Below are positions 1 to 9,657 of a DNA stretch of 64,000 nt, in pieces (the stretch's first letter is position 1; each line of letters starts with the position of its first letter). The stretch spans positions 3,263-67,262 of the forward strand of contig JAZKBU010000007.1 in NCBI GenBank assembly GCA_040388375.1. Direction: 5' to 3'. This DNA comes from Bacteroidota bacterium (GTDB lineage: Bacteria > Bacteroidota > Bacteroidia > UKL13-3). Below the pieces are notes generated by a model. That model was not told the DNA's origin. It ran no database searches and saw only the letters and a list, made by a program, of their open reading frames with translations. The position numbers and the translations under genes were made by a program.

Positions 1-10
1 TACCTGCTTT

Positions 11-1855
11 TTATTTAATACTGTATGAGGCAATTGGCAATTCGTCAGTTAATGATTTCATAAAACTGATGATGGATTTGATTTCCTTATCAGATAAATC
101 GAGAGGTTTGGAAGGCAAAGTTTGGTGTTGTAAAGTAAGGCCTAAACCATTGCCACCACCTTTGTTGTAAAACTCCATTACCTCTTCTAAAGTTTTAAAA
201 TTACCGTTGTGCATATAAGGAGCAGTACGTTCAATATTTCTGATAGTAGGTGTTTTAAAAGCACCCACATTGTATTCAATAGGGAAAAAGTGAAAGCGGC
301 CACTGTCGGCATCGCATGTTGGTTTGTTAAAATTGGTATTCTTAGTAGTACCTAAAACTTCCAGTTCTGTAATGGCATAATTGGGAGGTAATAAACCATT
401 AAACAAAGGAGCAAAATGGCAAGTGCCACATTGTGCTTTACCCATAAATAAATTAAAGCCTTCTATTTGTTCATTGCTCAGCGCCTTTTTATCGCCACGC
501 ATATAATTATCGAATGGCGAATTCATAGGAGCGAGGGTACGTTCAAAACTGGCTATAGCTAAGGCAATGTTTTGAATAGATATAATAGAGTCTTTTTTGG
601 AGTTAGGGAAATTATTTTGGAATAGCTGAAGCAGGCGTTTGTTTTTATTTAAGCGCTTAATTAACAAAGGAAGCTTGGCGTTCATTTCTTTTTTATTAAA
701 CAATACCTGTTCAATTTGTTCTTCCAAACTTTGCGCGCGTGCATCTAAAAACTGTCCGTGTTGAAAAGCTGCATACAATAAAGTGGGTGCATTTCTATTC
801 ACTACCGATATGCCATTAAATGCAATACTTTTTTCTAAATTATCAGTAAAATAATTTGTTGGATTATGGCATGAAGCACAACTTACCATTCCGTTCCCCG
901 ATAATGATTTTTCGAAAAATAATTCTTTTCCTAAGGCTGTTAACTGCTCATTGCCATTGTTTGAACCATTGGGAAACAAACCAATATTTAAAGCATCTTT
1001 GGCAAATAAATTTTGATTAGCCTGATGGGTTTTAGCAAGCGTTAAGTTTAAATCGGCAGCTAAAATTTTTAACTGGTTTTGAAGCGGCAAAGCGGCTTCA
1101 GTTAAAAAGATAAGTCGGTTAAAACTATCAAAATGGTTGGTAGTGTTTGTGAAGTCAAGTGCTTTTTGTAAGTACTTATTTACACTGTCTTTAACAGGGG
1201 TGGAGGTCCTGTTTAAATAAGGTGTTAATACGGCTTGTATGGATAAAAATACCTGATGCGATTCAAGAATACCGCTTTTTAATTCAGGTGCATCAAACCC
1301 GCTAATACCTAAAGTTATATTACGCAATAATTCTAATTGCAGGCTTTCTATTATTTTTTCATCGTTTACCGTTAATTCGTACAAAAGCGCATTTAAATCG
1401 TTAGCGTACATATTTACCAGTTCTGCATTCGATTGTAGTTCTGCTAATAAACTGCTATCAATATTGTCTTCAAAAAGCAGCGCTTCTATGTATTGCATTC
1501 CTTTCGGATGTTGAAATTCCATGTGAGGTTCCTCTACCTCGTAAACCGGTGCTACATTAAATGGACGTGCCGTAACGGGAATAAAATACTCCAGAAAAAA
1601 CTCAATTGGTTTGTAAGCTAAACGGCAGTTAACAAGTGCTTGTTTAGCTTGCTTTATGGTATTGCTATCCTTCGTATTAATGTTTTGAATAGCTGCTTTT
1701 AATTGGTTGGAAGTGGTTGCAAAAACTTTACTTTTAGCTTTGTAATAGTCTAGCGTTGAGTTAACACCAATAGATTGATTGGATGGAAAAATAAATCCAA
1801 AAGCAAAACAAAGGCAAATAAAAAAAGTGAAAAGTAAAGGCCGTTTCATGCTCAA
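11..1855 (-). CDS. Di-haem cytochrome c peroxidase family protein (CCP/MauG-like) with an N-terminal extension of about 270 aa and a signal peptide
   Basis: Two CXXCH haem-binding motifs (CASCHNP, CGTCHFAPLFNG), spaced as in bacterial di-haem CCPs. Hydrophobic N-terminus. Complete ORF with stop at 11-13. Confidence 0.8.
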   Translation of the reverse strand: MSMKRPLLFTFFICLCFAFGFIFPSNQSIGVNSTLDYYKAKSKVFATTSNQLKAAIQNINTKDSNTIKQAKQALVNCRLAYKPIEFFLEYFIPVTARPFNVAPVYEVEEPHMEFQHPKGMQYIEALLFEDNIDSSLLAELQSNAELVNMYANDLNALLYELTVNDEKIIESLQLELLRNITLGISGFDAPELKSGILESHQVFLSIQAVLTPYLNRTSTPVKDSVNKYLQKALDFTNTTNHFDSFNRLIFLTEAALPLQNQLKILAADLNLTLAKTHQANQNLFAKDALNIGLFPNGSNNGNEQLTALGKELFFEKSLSGNGMVSCASCHNPTNYFTDNLEKSIAFNGISVVNRNAPTLLYAAFQHGQFLDARAQSLEEQIEQVLFNKKEMNAKLPLLIKRLNKNKRLLQLFQNNFPNSKKDSIISIQNIALAIASFERTLAPMNSPFDNYMRGDKKALSNEQIEGFNLFMGKAQCGTCHFAPLFNGLLPPNYAITELEVLGTTKNTNFNKPTCDADSGRFHFFPIEYNVGAFKTPTIRNIERTAPYMHNGNFKTLEEVMEFYNKGGGNGLGLTLQHQTLPSKPLDLSDKEIKSIISFMKSLTDELPIASYSIK

Positions 1856-1970
1856 AAATAAGCTTTGAACTGGTAGTAACTATATTTTTGCTATTATTTA
1901 ACTATTAAACAATAAAGAGATAATAAGAAAGGTATTAGTTAATAATTTGTCAGCATTTACTTCCGTTATG

Positions 1971-3551
1971 TTATTTGGCTACAATCATGGTTTTCATCAA
2001 TTGCGATTGACCTTGCTGTACCTGGTAATAATAAGTTCCGTTGCTTAAACTATCGGCTTGCATAACAACTTCGTGAGTACCCTTGCTAAAGTTATCTTCG
2101 GCTATGGTTAATATTTCACGACCCACATTGTCAAACAACCTGATTTTAACATAACCTCCGCTGCAAGTAAACCTAATAGTAGTTTGGCTAATTACTGGGT
2201 TAGGGAAGTTTTCAAGCACGCCTATTTTTGCCACTTCTGTTTCTTTAATACTGGTATTACCATCAGCTATAATATCAAGCAGCGGAAATGTTTTATTGAG
2301 CAATAGCGGGTTCAATTCAGCATCGCTTACATTAAACCAATATTTTAAAATACTGGCATAAATGGCTCTGAAATCAACCTGCATAGGTACATTATCGTTG
2401 GTAGTAACTACATCGGGAATAATAGGATTATTACCTGTAATGCCCGGTTTTACTTTTTTACCAAAAATAAATAATGGAGCAGCAGCACCATGGTCAGTAC
2501 CTAAGCTATCATTTGATTTTATTCTGCGGCCAAATTCTGAAAAAGTCATACCCAACACACGCTCATCAATGGCTAATTTTTTCAAATCGTCCTGAAAAGC
2601 ATTTACCGCCTGCGATATTTTTTGCATTAAATTAGCATGGGTTCCTGTTTCGGTAGCACTTGCATCAGTTTGCGAAGCATGTGTATCAAAACCACCTAAA
2701 CTTACCATATATACTTGTGTTTTTAAACCACCTGCAATTAATTGAGCTACAATTTTTAATTGATCGGCTAAAGTATTTTGCCCTGCAGCCGGGTATAAAG
2801 TGGATAGGTTGGTAGCTTTATCGGCTGCAGCTTTAATGGTACCACTGTATTGTTGCGTTTGTTGGGCTACCAAACGTACATAAGTTAATTCGTGTCCGGC
2901 AGGAGTATTGGGTGCAGGGTCAACGGTTCCATTTACAAACTGATAAAAGGAGGTAGGGTCGGTAATAGACATGCCTAAACTGGCTTGATGGCCTTGCAAT
3001 GCTGGTGAAACCATAGCACCAATTTGAATAGCCGGTGGGTCAGGATAATTGGTATTCGGATAATTGACAGGGAAATTTTCGAACTTGGTATCTAAATAAC
3101 GGCCAAGCCAGCCTGTTTCTTCATTTACATTACTATCGCTGCCTGTAAGCCAAATATCAGTAGCTCTGAAATGAGAAAAGTTAGGGTCAGGGTAACCAAC
3201 GCTTTGTACTATGTTTATCATAGCGTTGTCGTACAAGCTACGTATTTCACTTAAACTTGGGTGTAAACCTGTAGCCTGTGTTCCACTTAAAGTCAATACT
3301 TTGTTTTGTTGAATAATAATATTAGGGCGCGCCAACATTAACTTACTATATTGGTCCAATGGAATAACGGTGTTCAAACCATCATTTCCTCCATTAAGTT
3401 GTATCAGTACAAGTACCCTGTCTTCGGCTCCTGTTTTACCTAAAAACTGTACTATTGGATTGTCGGCTAAGGCTTGAATAGGGAAACCATTTATAAATAA
3501 AGGTATGGCGCTAGCGGTAATGGCTTTTTGTAAAAAATCTCTTCTTTTCAT
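1971..3551 (-). CDS. DUF1501 family protein with Tat signal peptide and C-terminal T9SS sorting domain
   Basis: N-terminal 'MKRRDFLQKAITASA' twin-arginine motif. Sulfatase-like core. C-terminal about 80 aa (ENFPNP...GTYYYQV...KTMIVAK) matches the Por secretion tail. Immediately downstream of the DUF1800 gene, the usual pairing. Confidence 0.8.
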   Translation of the reverse strand: MKRRDFLQKAITASAIPLFINGFPIQALADNPIVQFLGKTGAEDRVLVLIQLNGGNDGLNTVIPLDQYSKLMLARPNIIIQQNKVLTLSGTQATGLHPSLSEIRSLYDNAMINIVQSVGYPDPNFSHFRATDIWLTGSDSNVNEETGWLGRYLDTKFENFPVNYPNTNYPDPPAIQIGAMVSPALQGHQASLGMSITDPTSFYQFVNGTVDPAPNTPAGHELTYVRLVAQQTQQYSGTIKAAADKATNLSTLYPAAGQNTLADQLKIVAQLIAGGLKTQVYMVSLGGFDTHASQTDASATETGTHANLMQKISQAVNAFQDDLKKLAIDERVLGMTFSEFGRRIKSNDSLGTDHGAAAPLFIFGKKVKPGITGNNPIIPDVVTTNDNVPMQVDFRAIYASILKYWFNVSDAELNPLLLNKTFPLLDIIADGNTSIKETEVAKIGVLENFPNPVISQTTIRFTCSGGYVKIRLFDNVGREILTIAEDNFSKGTHEVVMQADSLSNGTYYYQVQQGQSQLMKTMIVAK

Positions 3552-3564
3552 AATAATGGCTGTT

Positions 3565-5274
3565 TTAAATTAATTGAAACTCGGCTAAATCCATTAAGTA
3601 TTTAAATAACCCTTGCAAGCGTGAGTAAACGGTTTGCTTTTTCATGGTATCGGTTGGGTCGGCTATATAGTCGTTCCATGCATCTGACCAATAATGATCA
3701 CTGGCTTGTCCTGAAAGTAAAAACACAGTTTTTAATTGTGTTTTGGTATTGGCCGAAACATCAACAGCATATAATAAACCAAGTGATTCACTGATTACAG
3801 TATTGGGATCTTCTGGATAGGTTAACTGACTGGTAAACGCAATAGGGTCTAAAATAAGTTTAAAGCCTTGTCTGTTAAAACCAGTAGTAACTAATCCATC
3901 GCTTACCTGGTTTCGTTTTGGAAGGGAGTCAGAATTAATCCATAGTTCGTAAAACTGGGGCGATTGCCAGTATGCCGGCCAACCTGCTACATTTGGCGCA
4001 TCGCCTATGTCTTGTCCAAAAGCCATTCCTAGTTGTTGTACATAATATAGATGAGCATACAATTGCGATACGTTTGCACTATCAGGGAATTGTAAATTAA
4101 AGGTACGTGCTAAACCAACTAAGTGATCTGTTGGTGGTTTTATAACACAACCCATATTGAGTACATCGTAAAAATGTTCACTTTTTAGCAAAGTGTCCAT
4201 TACCGTTTTTATATTGTAATTGCTGTTTCTAAAAATGGTAGCCAAAGGAATAATTACATTCGTTTCAGTACTTGCATCAATGTTATAGTACACAAAAAAA
4301 CGGTATATTTTTCGGCATATATATTTGGCTACTTCTTCCTGTGCAAAAATCATATTGATTAAATCATCCAATTCGGTTGCACCATTAGTTCCCATTTTGC
4401 CGGTAATTACGGTATTGTTATAGAATGCTGAAAATTGTTTATTGGTAGTATCATGTTTGGTTGAGTCAAAGAATGAGGTATAACCACTTCGGTTATTTCT
4501 CCATCCGGTCATAACCCTTGCCGCTGCTTTTACATCGTCTTCAGTATAATGGTTGGCTAGGTCTTTTCCTACGGTAAAAAGTTCTTGTAGCTCTCTGCCA
4601 AAATTTTCATCGGGTGCGGTTTTAGTGTTTTTTTCTCCGTTTAAGTACACCAACATACCGCAGTCCGTAGCCACTAAACGGGCAAATGTTTTAAAATTTC
4701 CCAAACAGTTTTGGCGCAACATTTTATGGTGGTCATAAGTAAATCTTGCTAATTGTATTACGGTTGATTCTGTGGCAAAATGATTGTGCCAAAACAAAGT
4801 CATTTTTTCTTTAATTGTTCGGTCTTGATTTATCATTAAGCCCATCCACCAAGCCTTAAATGATTGTCGCCTAACGGCAGTTAACGTAGGATTTTCGTTG
4901 GCATTTACCCATGTTTGTCCTAAAGGAACATCAGCATCGGGGAAGTTAACATTGGCACTGTAATGGTTAAGCGGAGGGGTAGGGTCTGTTACTGAAATAT
5001 TTAGGAGGCTATCAACAGCCTGTACCATTGTTTTACTTTTTAAAAAATCAATATCGGCTTTGTTCACGCCAAATAAAGTTCTTCTGCACAAATGTTTAAT
5101 TTGTTCTTCGCCCCATGCACCTTGGTATGGTGCAATACCCGTGGAGGTTTTTCGTAAACTAGTTGGTAATTCTTTGTTAATAGGATCCTTGTAAGGATAA
5201 ACTGGAACTTCTTTTTCATCTAATACATTCAATGCTGCATTTTGAAAAAACTGTTTACGGTTAATTGGTGCCAT
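3565..5274 (-). CDS. DUF1800 family protein
   Basis: 569 aa. Conserved partner of DUF1501, co-oriented, 13-bp gap. No signal peptide. Confidence 0.75.
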   Translation of the reverse strand: MAPINRKQFFQNAALNVLDEKEVPVYPYKDPINKELPTSLRKTSTGIAPYQGAWGEEQIKHLCRRTLFGVNKADIDFLKSKTMVQAVDSLLNISVTDPTPPLNHYSANVNFPDADVPLGQTWVNANENPTLTAVRRQSFKAWWMGLMINQDRTIKEKMTLFWHNHFATESTVIQLARFTYDHHKMLRQNCLGNFKTFARLVATDCGMLVYLNGEKNTKTAPDENFGRELQELFTVGKDLANHYTEDDVKAAARVMTGWRNNRSGYTSFFDSTKHDTTNKQFSAFYNNTVITGKMGTNGATELDDLINMIFAQEEVAKYICRKIYRFFVYYNIDASTETNVIIPLATIFRNSNYNIKTVMDTLLKSEHFYDVLNMGCVIKPPTDHLVGLARTFNLQFPDSANVSQLYAHLYYVQQLGMAFGQDIGDAPNVAGWPAYWQSPQFYELWINSDSLPKRNQVSDGLVTTGFNRQGFKLILDPIAFTSQLTYPEDPNTVISESLGLLYAVDVSANTKTQLKTVFLLSGQASDHYWSDAWNDYIADPTDTMKKQTVYSRLQGLFKYLMDLAEFQLI

Positions 5275-5458
5275 AAAATAGTGGGATTAAAACAATAAAA
5301 AACTCAGACTGTTAAAAAGCCAAAAGGTTTAATAACGTTCCGTAAAATTATTTAAAAAAAGCATATTGTGTAATTTTATTTACTGGTAATAAGTAGTTTA
5401 TGGGTATGTATATTCTTTTTTAATAATTACGAAATCTGCCGGCATAAAATTTCCGTAC

Positions 5459-5476
5459 ATAAGGCTTAAGCCTTAT
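5459..5476. promoter_or_regulatory. Perfect 18-bp palindrome ATAAGGCTTAAGCCTTAT immediately upstream of the hybrid-kinase start codon
   Basis: Read directly. The arms ATAAGGCTT and AAGCCTTAT are reverse complements. The palindrome ends 6 bp before the ATG at 5483. Confidence 0.3.
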
Positions 5477-5482
5477 ATAATA

Positions 5483-7855
5483 ATGAAATATTTATTTTAC
5501 GTTTTAATTTGTATTACAAGTAAAGTTGCGTTTGGGCAGTTACTTATTTCAACCAACCAAAATCAATCCTATGCGTTGTATCCGTACACACAGATAGCAG
5601 ATGTTGGACAATCGAAATTTAGTTTAAGAGAGTTTAAGGCCAAAGCCTCCGGTTTGGAGTTTAAACCCGTTATGCATATGAATGCCAATATTGGTTTTAC
5701 AGCTAATTATTACTGGTTAACTTTTAGCGTACAAAACAATACTGATGTTAAAAAAACGTATTATTTAGAAACAGCACGCCCCATTACAGACTATGTACAT
5801 TTATATACGGAGTTTACCAATGGAATGATCAAAAGTCAGGAGAGTGGCGATGCCATGCCTTTTGCTGAACGCGATTACGAACACCGCAAAACCATATTTA
5901 AAATAGAACTACCCGCCAATGAAAAAGTGAACTTTTATTTAAATTTAAAAAGCGATGGCGAGGTTATAAACTTACCTTTAAAATTAAGTACGGCTGATGA
6001 ATTAATTATACAAACCTATAAAGAGCAATTAGTGTATGGCATTTTTTATGGCATATTGTTATTAGCTACCATTACCTATTTGTTTTTTTATTTTGCCCTT
6101 GACGATAAAAGTTTTTTATATTACTGTTTGTACGTAGGTTTTGTTGGCTTACTCCAGTTTGCACTCGATGGGTTTTTTTATCAGTATTTTGGTCCCAATG
6201 CAGGCATACTTTCACTAAAGGCAGTTATTATTTTTGCTGCTTTAAGCACCCTGTTTTTTGTTAAATATACCCAGTGGTTTTTACATGTAAGCGAACATTT
6301 TAAAAGTTTAGACAAAATATATAAAGGGTTGTTTATAGCTATTTTGGTTTTATTTATTGTTTGTGTTTTAGCGCCCCAAATACCTACATTAAGTTATACC
6401 ATTATTAATGCCATGGCTTTGTTGTCGTTGGTTTTAGTTATAGCAACGGTAGTTGTTTCCATTATAAAAAAAGTAAAAGTCGATCCTTTTTTTATAGCAG
6501 GTATTAGTTGTATGGTACTTGGCTTTACCATATTTATACTCAATAATTTTAGCATTATACCCAATTCATTTATTACCGAAAATAGCTCAAAATTAGGAAC
6601 AGGTTTAGAGGTTATATTTTTATCACTTTCCATGTCCAACAGAATCAGGAAACTAAGGAGTGAAAAAGAAATGGCACAGTCTATAGCTTTAAAAAAATCG
6701 GAAGACATGAACGATGTGAAGTCGTATTTTATGAATAACATGAGCCATGAATTGCGGACCCCTTTAAATGCTATAATGGGTATTGCCGATGTAATGTTGA
6801 GCGAAAATATAGACCCTAAAATAAAAGAGAATTTTGAAATTATTAAATATTCATCGCAAGGTTTACTCAGTTCAGTAAACGATATTTTAGACTTTAGCAA
6901 AATAGAAAAAGGCGAATTAAAGTTAGATTATGTAGAGTTTGAACCCGTTCAGTTATTTATTCAGATTAACTACAGTGCCAATAAACAAGCCCTCGATAAA
7001 GGCTTATTATTTACTTATGAAGTAGATGAAAATTTACCATCCTTACTATTGGGCGATAACGTTAGGTTAAGCCAAATAATGAACAATGTAATTAGCAATG
7101 CCATTAAATTTACCAATGTAGGTTGGGTTAATGTACGCGTTAAAATAATAGCCCAATACGATAACGAAATTGTTTTACAAATAGCCATCAGCGATTCAGG
7201 TGTTGGTATTCCTAAAGAAAAAATAGAATCTATTTACGAGTCGTTTAGTCAGGAAAGTATTACTAACAAACGCAAGTTTGGTGGTTTAGGTCTAGGCTTA
7301 TCCATAGTTAAAAAACTAGTTGATTTACAGGGAGGTAAAATTAACATAACAAGCAAAACTGGCCAAGGTACAAATTGTACCATAGAGTTACCCTTTACTA
7401 TAATTACTCAACCGCAAATGATAAACGAACATATACAAAAAGAAGAACCCGTTGAAGACAATGGGGTCAATATTTTACTGGTAGAGGACAACGCCATCAA
7501 TCAATTAATAATGAAAAAAATAATGAATAAATGGGAAAATGTTCGTTATGCCATTGCCAATCATGGCGAAGAAGGATTACAATTATTACAGCAAGACCAT
7601 TTTGATATAGTGCTCATGGATTTGCAAATGCCCATAATGGATGGTTACGAAGCAGCTACGGCCATTAGAGTAGGTACAGCAGGAGTGAGTAATATAGATA
7701 TTCCTATAATAGCCCTTACTGCCGATGTAATGGAGGGAACAAAAGACAGGGTGAAGCAGATAGGTATGGACGAATACATGTCCAAACCCGTTGACCAAAA
7801 TATGTTGTACCAAACCGTTATGCGTTTAATACAACAGAAACAAAATAAAAGCTGA
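5483..7855 (+). CDS. Hybrid sensor histidine kinase/response regulator with 7TMR-DISM extracellular and 7TM domains
   Basis: Signal peptide, 7TMR-DISMED2-like periplasmic domain, seven predicted TM helices, HisKA (MSHELRTPLNAI), HATPase_c (GLGLSIVKKLVDLQGG) and a C-terminal receiver (LLVEDNAINQ...DLQMPIMDG). Confidence 0.85.
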   Translation: MKYLFYVLICITSKVAFGQLLISTNQNQSYALYPYTQIADVGQSKFSLREFKAKASGLEFKPVMHMNANIGFTANYYWLTFSVQNNTDVKKTYYLETARPITDYVHLYTEFTNGMIKSQESGDAMPFAERDYEHRKTIFKIELPANEKVNFYLNLKSDGEVINLPLKLSTADELIIQTYKEQLVYGIFYGILLLATITYLFFYFALDDKSFLYYCLYVGFVGLLQFALDGFFYQYFGPNAGILSLKAVIIFAALSTLFFVKYTQWFLHVSEHFKSLDKIYKGLFIAILVLFIVCVLAPQIPTLSYTIINAMALLSLVLVIATVVVSIIKKVKVDPFFIAGISCMVLGFTIFILNNFSIIPNSFITENSSKLGTGLEVIFLSLSMSNRIRKLRSEKEMAQSIALKKSEDMNDVKSYFMNNMSHELRTPLNAIMGIADVMLSENIDPKIKENFEIIKYSSQGLLSSVNDILDFSKIEKGELKLDYVEFEPVQLFIQINYSANKQALDKGLLFTYEVDENLPSLLLGDNVRLSQIMNNVISNAIKFTNVGWVNVRVKIIAQYDNEIVLQIAISDSGVGIPKEKIESIYESFSQESITNKRKFGGLGLGLSIVKKLVDLQGGKINITSKTGQGTNCTIELPFTIITQPQMINEHIQKEEPVEDNGVNILLVEDNAINQLIMKKIMNKWENVRYAIANHGEEGLQLLQQDHFDIVLMDLQMPIMDGYEAATAIRVGTAGVSNIDIPIIALTADVMEGTKDRVKQIGMDEYMSKPVDQNMLYQTVMRLIQQKQNKS

Positions 7856-7938
7856 GGGTAAACAAGCCTATATTTAGTAAGCAAGGAATTACTATAATAT
7901 TAGCTTATATTGCATCAATAAAAAACAGTATAAAACTT

Positions 7939-9183
7939 TTGACTTTTCACGATTTTAAATTTAATAAAACCCTGCTTGATAGTTTAGATGCAATGGGTTT
8001 TGAAACACCTACTCCAATACAACAACAAGCTATACCAGTAGTAATTGATAACAAAGATTTAATTGCTTGTGCCCAAACAGGTACAGGTAAAACAGCCGCT
8101 TATTTACTACCCGTAATGAATAATATAATTAACGATGGCTTGGGTAAACTAAGCACCTTAATTATAGCACCCACACGTGAGTTAGCCCAACAAATAGACC
8201 AACAGGTAGAAGGAATGGCTTATTTTACAGGCATTAGCTCAGTAGCAGTATATGGCGGAAGCGATGGACAAGTATTTGTGCAACAGCAAAAAGCCATGCG
8301 CGAAGGAGCAGATATAGTAATAGCAACGCCCGGCCGTTTAATAGCCATGCTTACCTCCAGCGGTTCAGTTGATATGAGTAATATAAAACACTTAATATTA
8401 GACGAAGCCGACCGTATGTTGGATATGGGTTTTAATGACGACATTAACCGAATAATAGGTTATTTACCAAAAGATAGACAAACCCTTTTGTTTTCAGCTA
8501 CCATGCCCCCTAAAATACGCATGTTAGCCAACAAAATATTAAGACAGCCCGAGCAAATAAATATAGCTATAAGCAAACCGGCCGAAGGTATTTTACAACA
8601 GGCTTATATGGCTTACGATAACCAGAAAACAGCGTTGCTTAAAAATATTTTAAACCAAAAAGATTTTGGCAGCACTATTATTTTTGCCAGTACCAAGGAA
8701 AAAGTAAAAGACCTGGACAGAGAATTGCGCAGAAGCAATTTATCAATTAAAGCATTTCATAGCGACTTAGAGCAGGTAGAACGCGAAGCCATTATGAGCG
8801 ATTTTAGAAACCATGCCGTACAAATTTTAATAGGAACCGATATACTTTCACGTGGTATAGATGTAAGCGGAATAGGTTTGGTTGTTAATTACGATGTGCC
8901 GGGCGACCCCGAAGATTATATACACCGCATAGGCCGTACCGCAAGGGCTGAGAGTACAGGTACAGCCATTACTTTTATTAACCCTAAAGATGCACGTAAG
9001 TTTTTCGATATAGAAAGTTTAATAGGTTACGATATTCCAAAATTGTCATTGATGCCGGAGTTAGGCGAAGCACCACTTTACCAACCGGAGGTTAAAATAA
9101 AAAAAGACTTTAGCAAAACAGGTTTTAAGAAACCATTTAAAAAGAAAAACTTTAACAAGAGCAATTCGACTAAGCCTAACTAG
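7939..9183 (+). CDS. DEAD-box ATP-dependent RNA helicase (RhlE-like)
   Basis: Q-motif (FHDF...TPIQ), Walker A AQTGTGKT, DEAD box 'LILDEADRML', SAT, HRIGRTAR. Basic C-terminal tail. Confidence 0.9.
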   Translation: MTFHDFKFNKTLLDSLDAMGFETPTPIQQQAIPVVIDNKDLIACAQTGTGKTAAYLLPVMNNIINDGLGKLSTLIIAPTRELAQQIDQQVEGMAYFTGISSVAVYGGSDGQVFVQQQKAMREGADIVIATPGRLIAMLTSSGSVDMSNIKHLILDEADRMLDMGFNDDINRIIGYLPKDRQTLLFSATMPPKIRMLANKILRQPEQINIAISKPAEGILQQAYMAYDNQKTALLKNILNQKDFGSTIIFASTKEKVKDLDRELRRSNLSIKAFHSDLEQVEREAIMSDFRNHAVQILIGTDILSRGIDVSGIGLVVNYDVPGDPEDYIHRIGRTARAESTGTAITFINPKDARKFFDIESLIGYDIPKLSLMPELGEAPLYQPEVKIKKDFSKTGFKKPFKKKNFNKSNSTKPN

Positions 9184-9196
9184 CAGTTTACCGGGC

Positions 9197-9355
9197 CTAT
9201 TTAAAAGAGTTTCTTATCTTTTTTTGTTTTCTGAAACCATTATAAAAGCCAAGGTAATAGCCTACCAAAAATGGAATCATTAATAATCCTACTACTAAAA
9301 TACATATAACTGTTATATCAGAAACACTCAAACTGTCTATCACTGCGTGTGGCAT
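9197..9355 (-). CDS. Possible small membrane protein (about 52 aa, single TM). Not in the ORF track because it is shorter than 60 aa
   Basis: ATG at 9355. Translation MPHAVIDSLSVSDITVICILVVGLLMIPFLVGYYLGFYNGFRKQKK... has one hydrophobic helix and a basic tail. Confidence 0.2.
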   Translation of the reverse strand: MPHAVIDSLSVSDITVICILVVGLLMIPFLVGYYLGFYNGFRKQKKIRNSFK

Positions 9356-9657
9356 ACTTTCTTAAATTCTATTCGTTTATTTAGCCTCCAAACATACAAT
9401 ACATATAGCATGCATTATGTAGTGAAAACACGGTATTTATAGTAGAATATATATTTTCATCTACTTAAAAATAGCCCTGTTTTAAATGTACTTTTATTGC
9501 TGTTTTTTAGGCTAAACTATTATTTGTAAGAAGTTAACACTATCTCGTTATTCATACTTTGTAATGCCGTATGGTAAATAAAAGGAATAAGATTATGTTT
9601 GTTTGCCGACCAAAAGCAGTAATAAATGGCAGCCATACAACAACAAACCATTACAAA

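Noticed and set aside
6394-6900. 168-aa minus-strand ORF within the hybrid histidine kinase
   Set aside because: Antisense to the HisKA region of a clearly real gene. Spurious.
9571-9657. Upstream extension of the T9SS repeat protein (ORF-track start at 9571)
   Set aside because: The extension (MVNKRNKIMFVCRPKAVINGSHTTTNHYK) precedes a canonical signal peptide that starts at the internal Met (9658). The shorter start is preferred.
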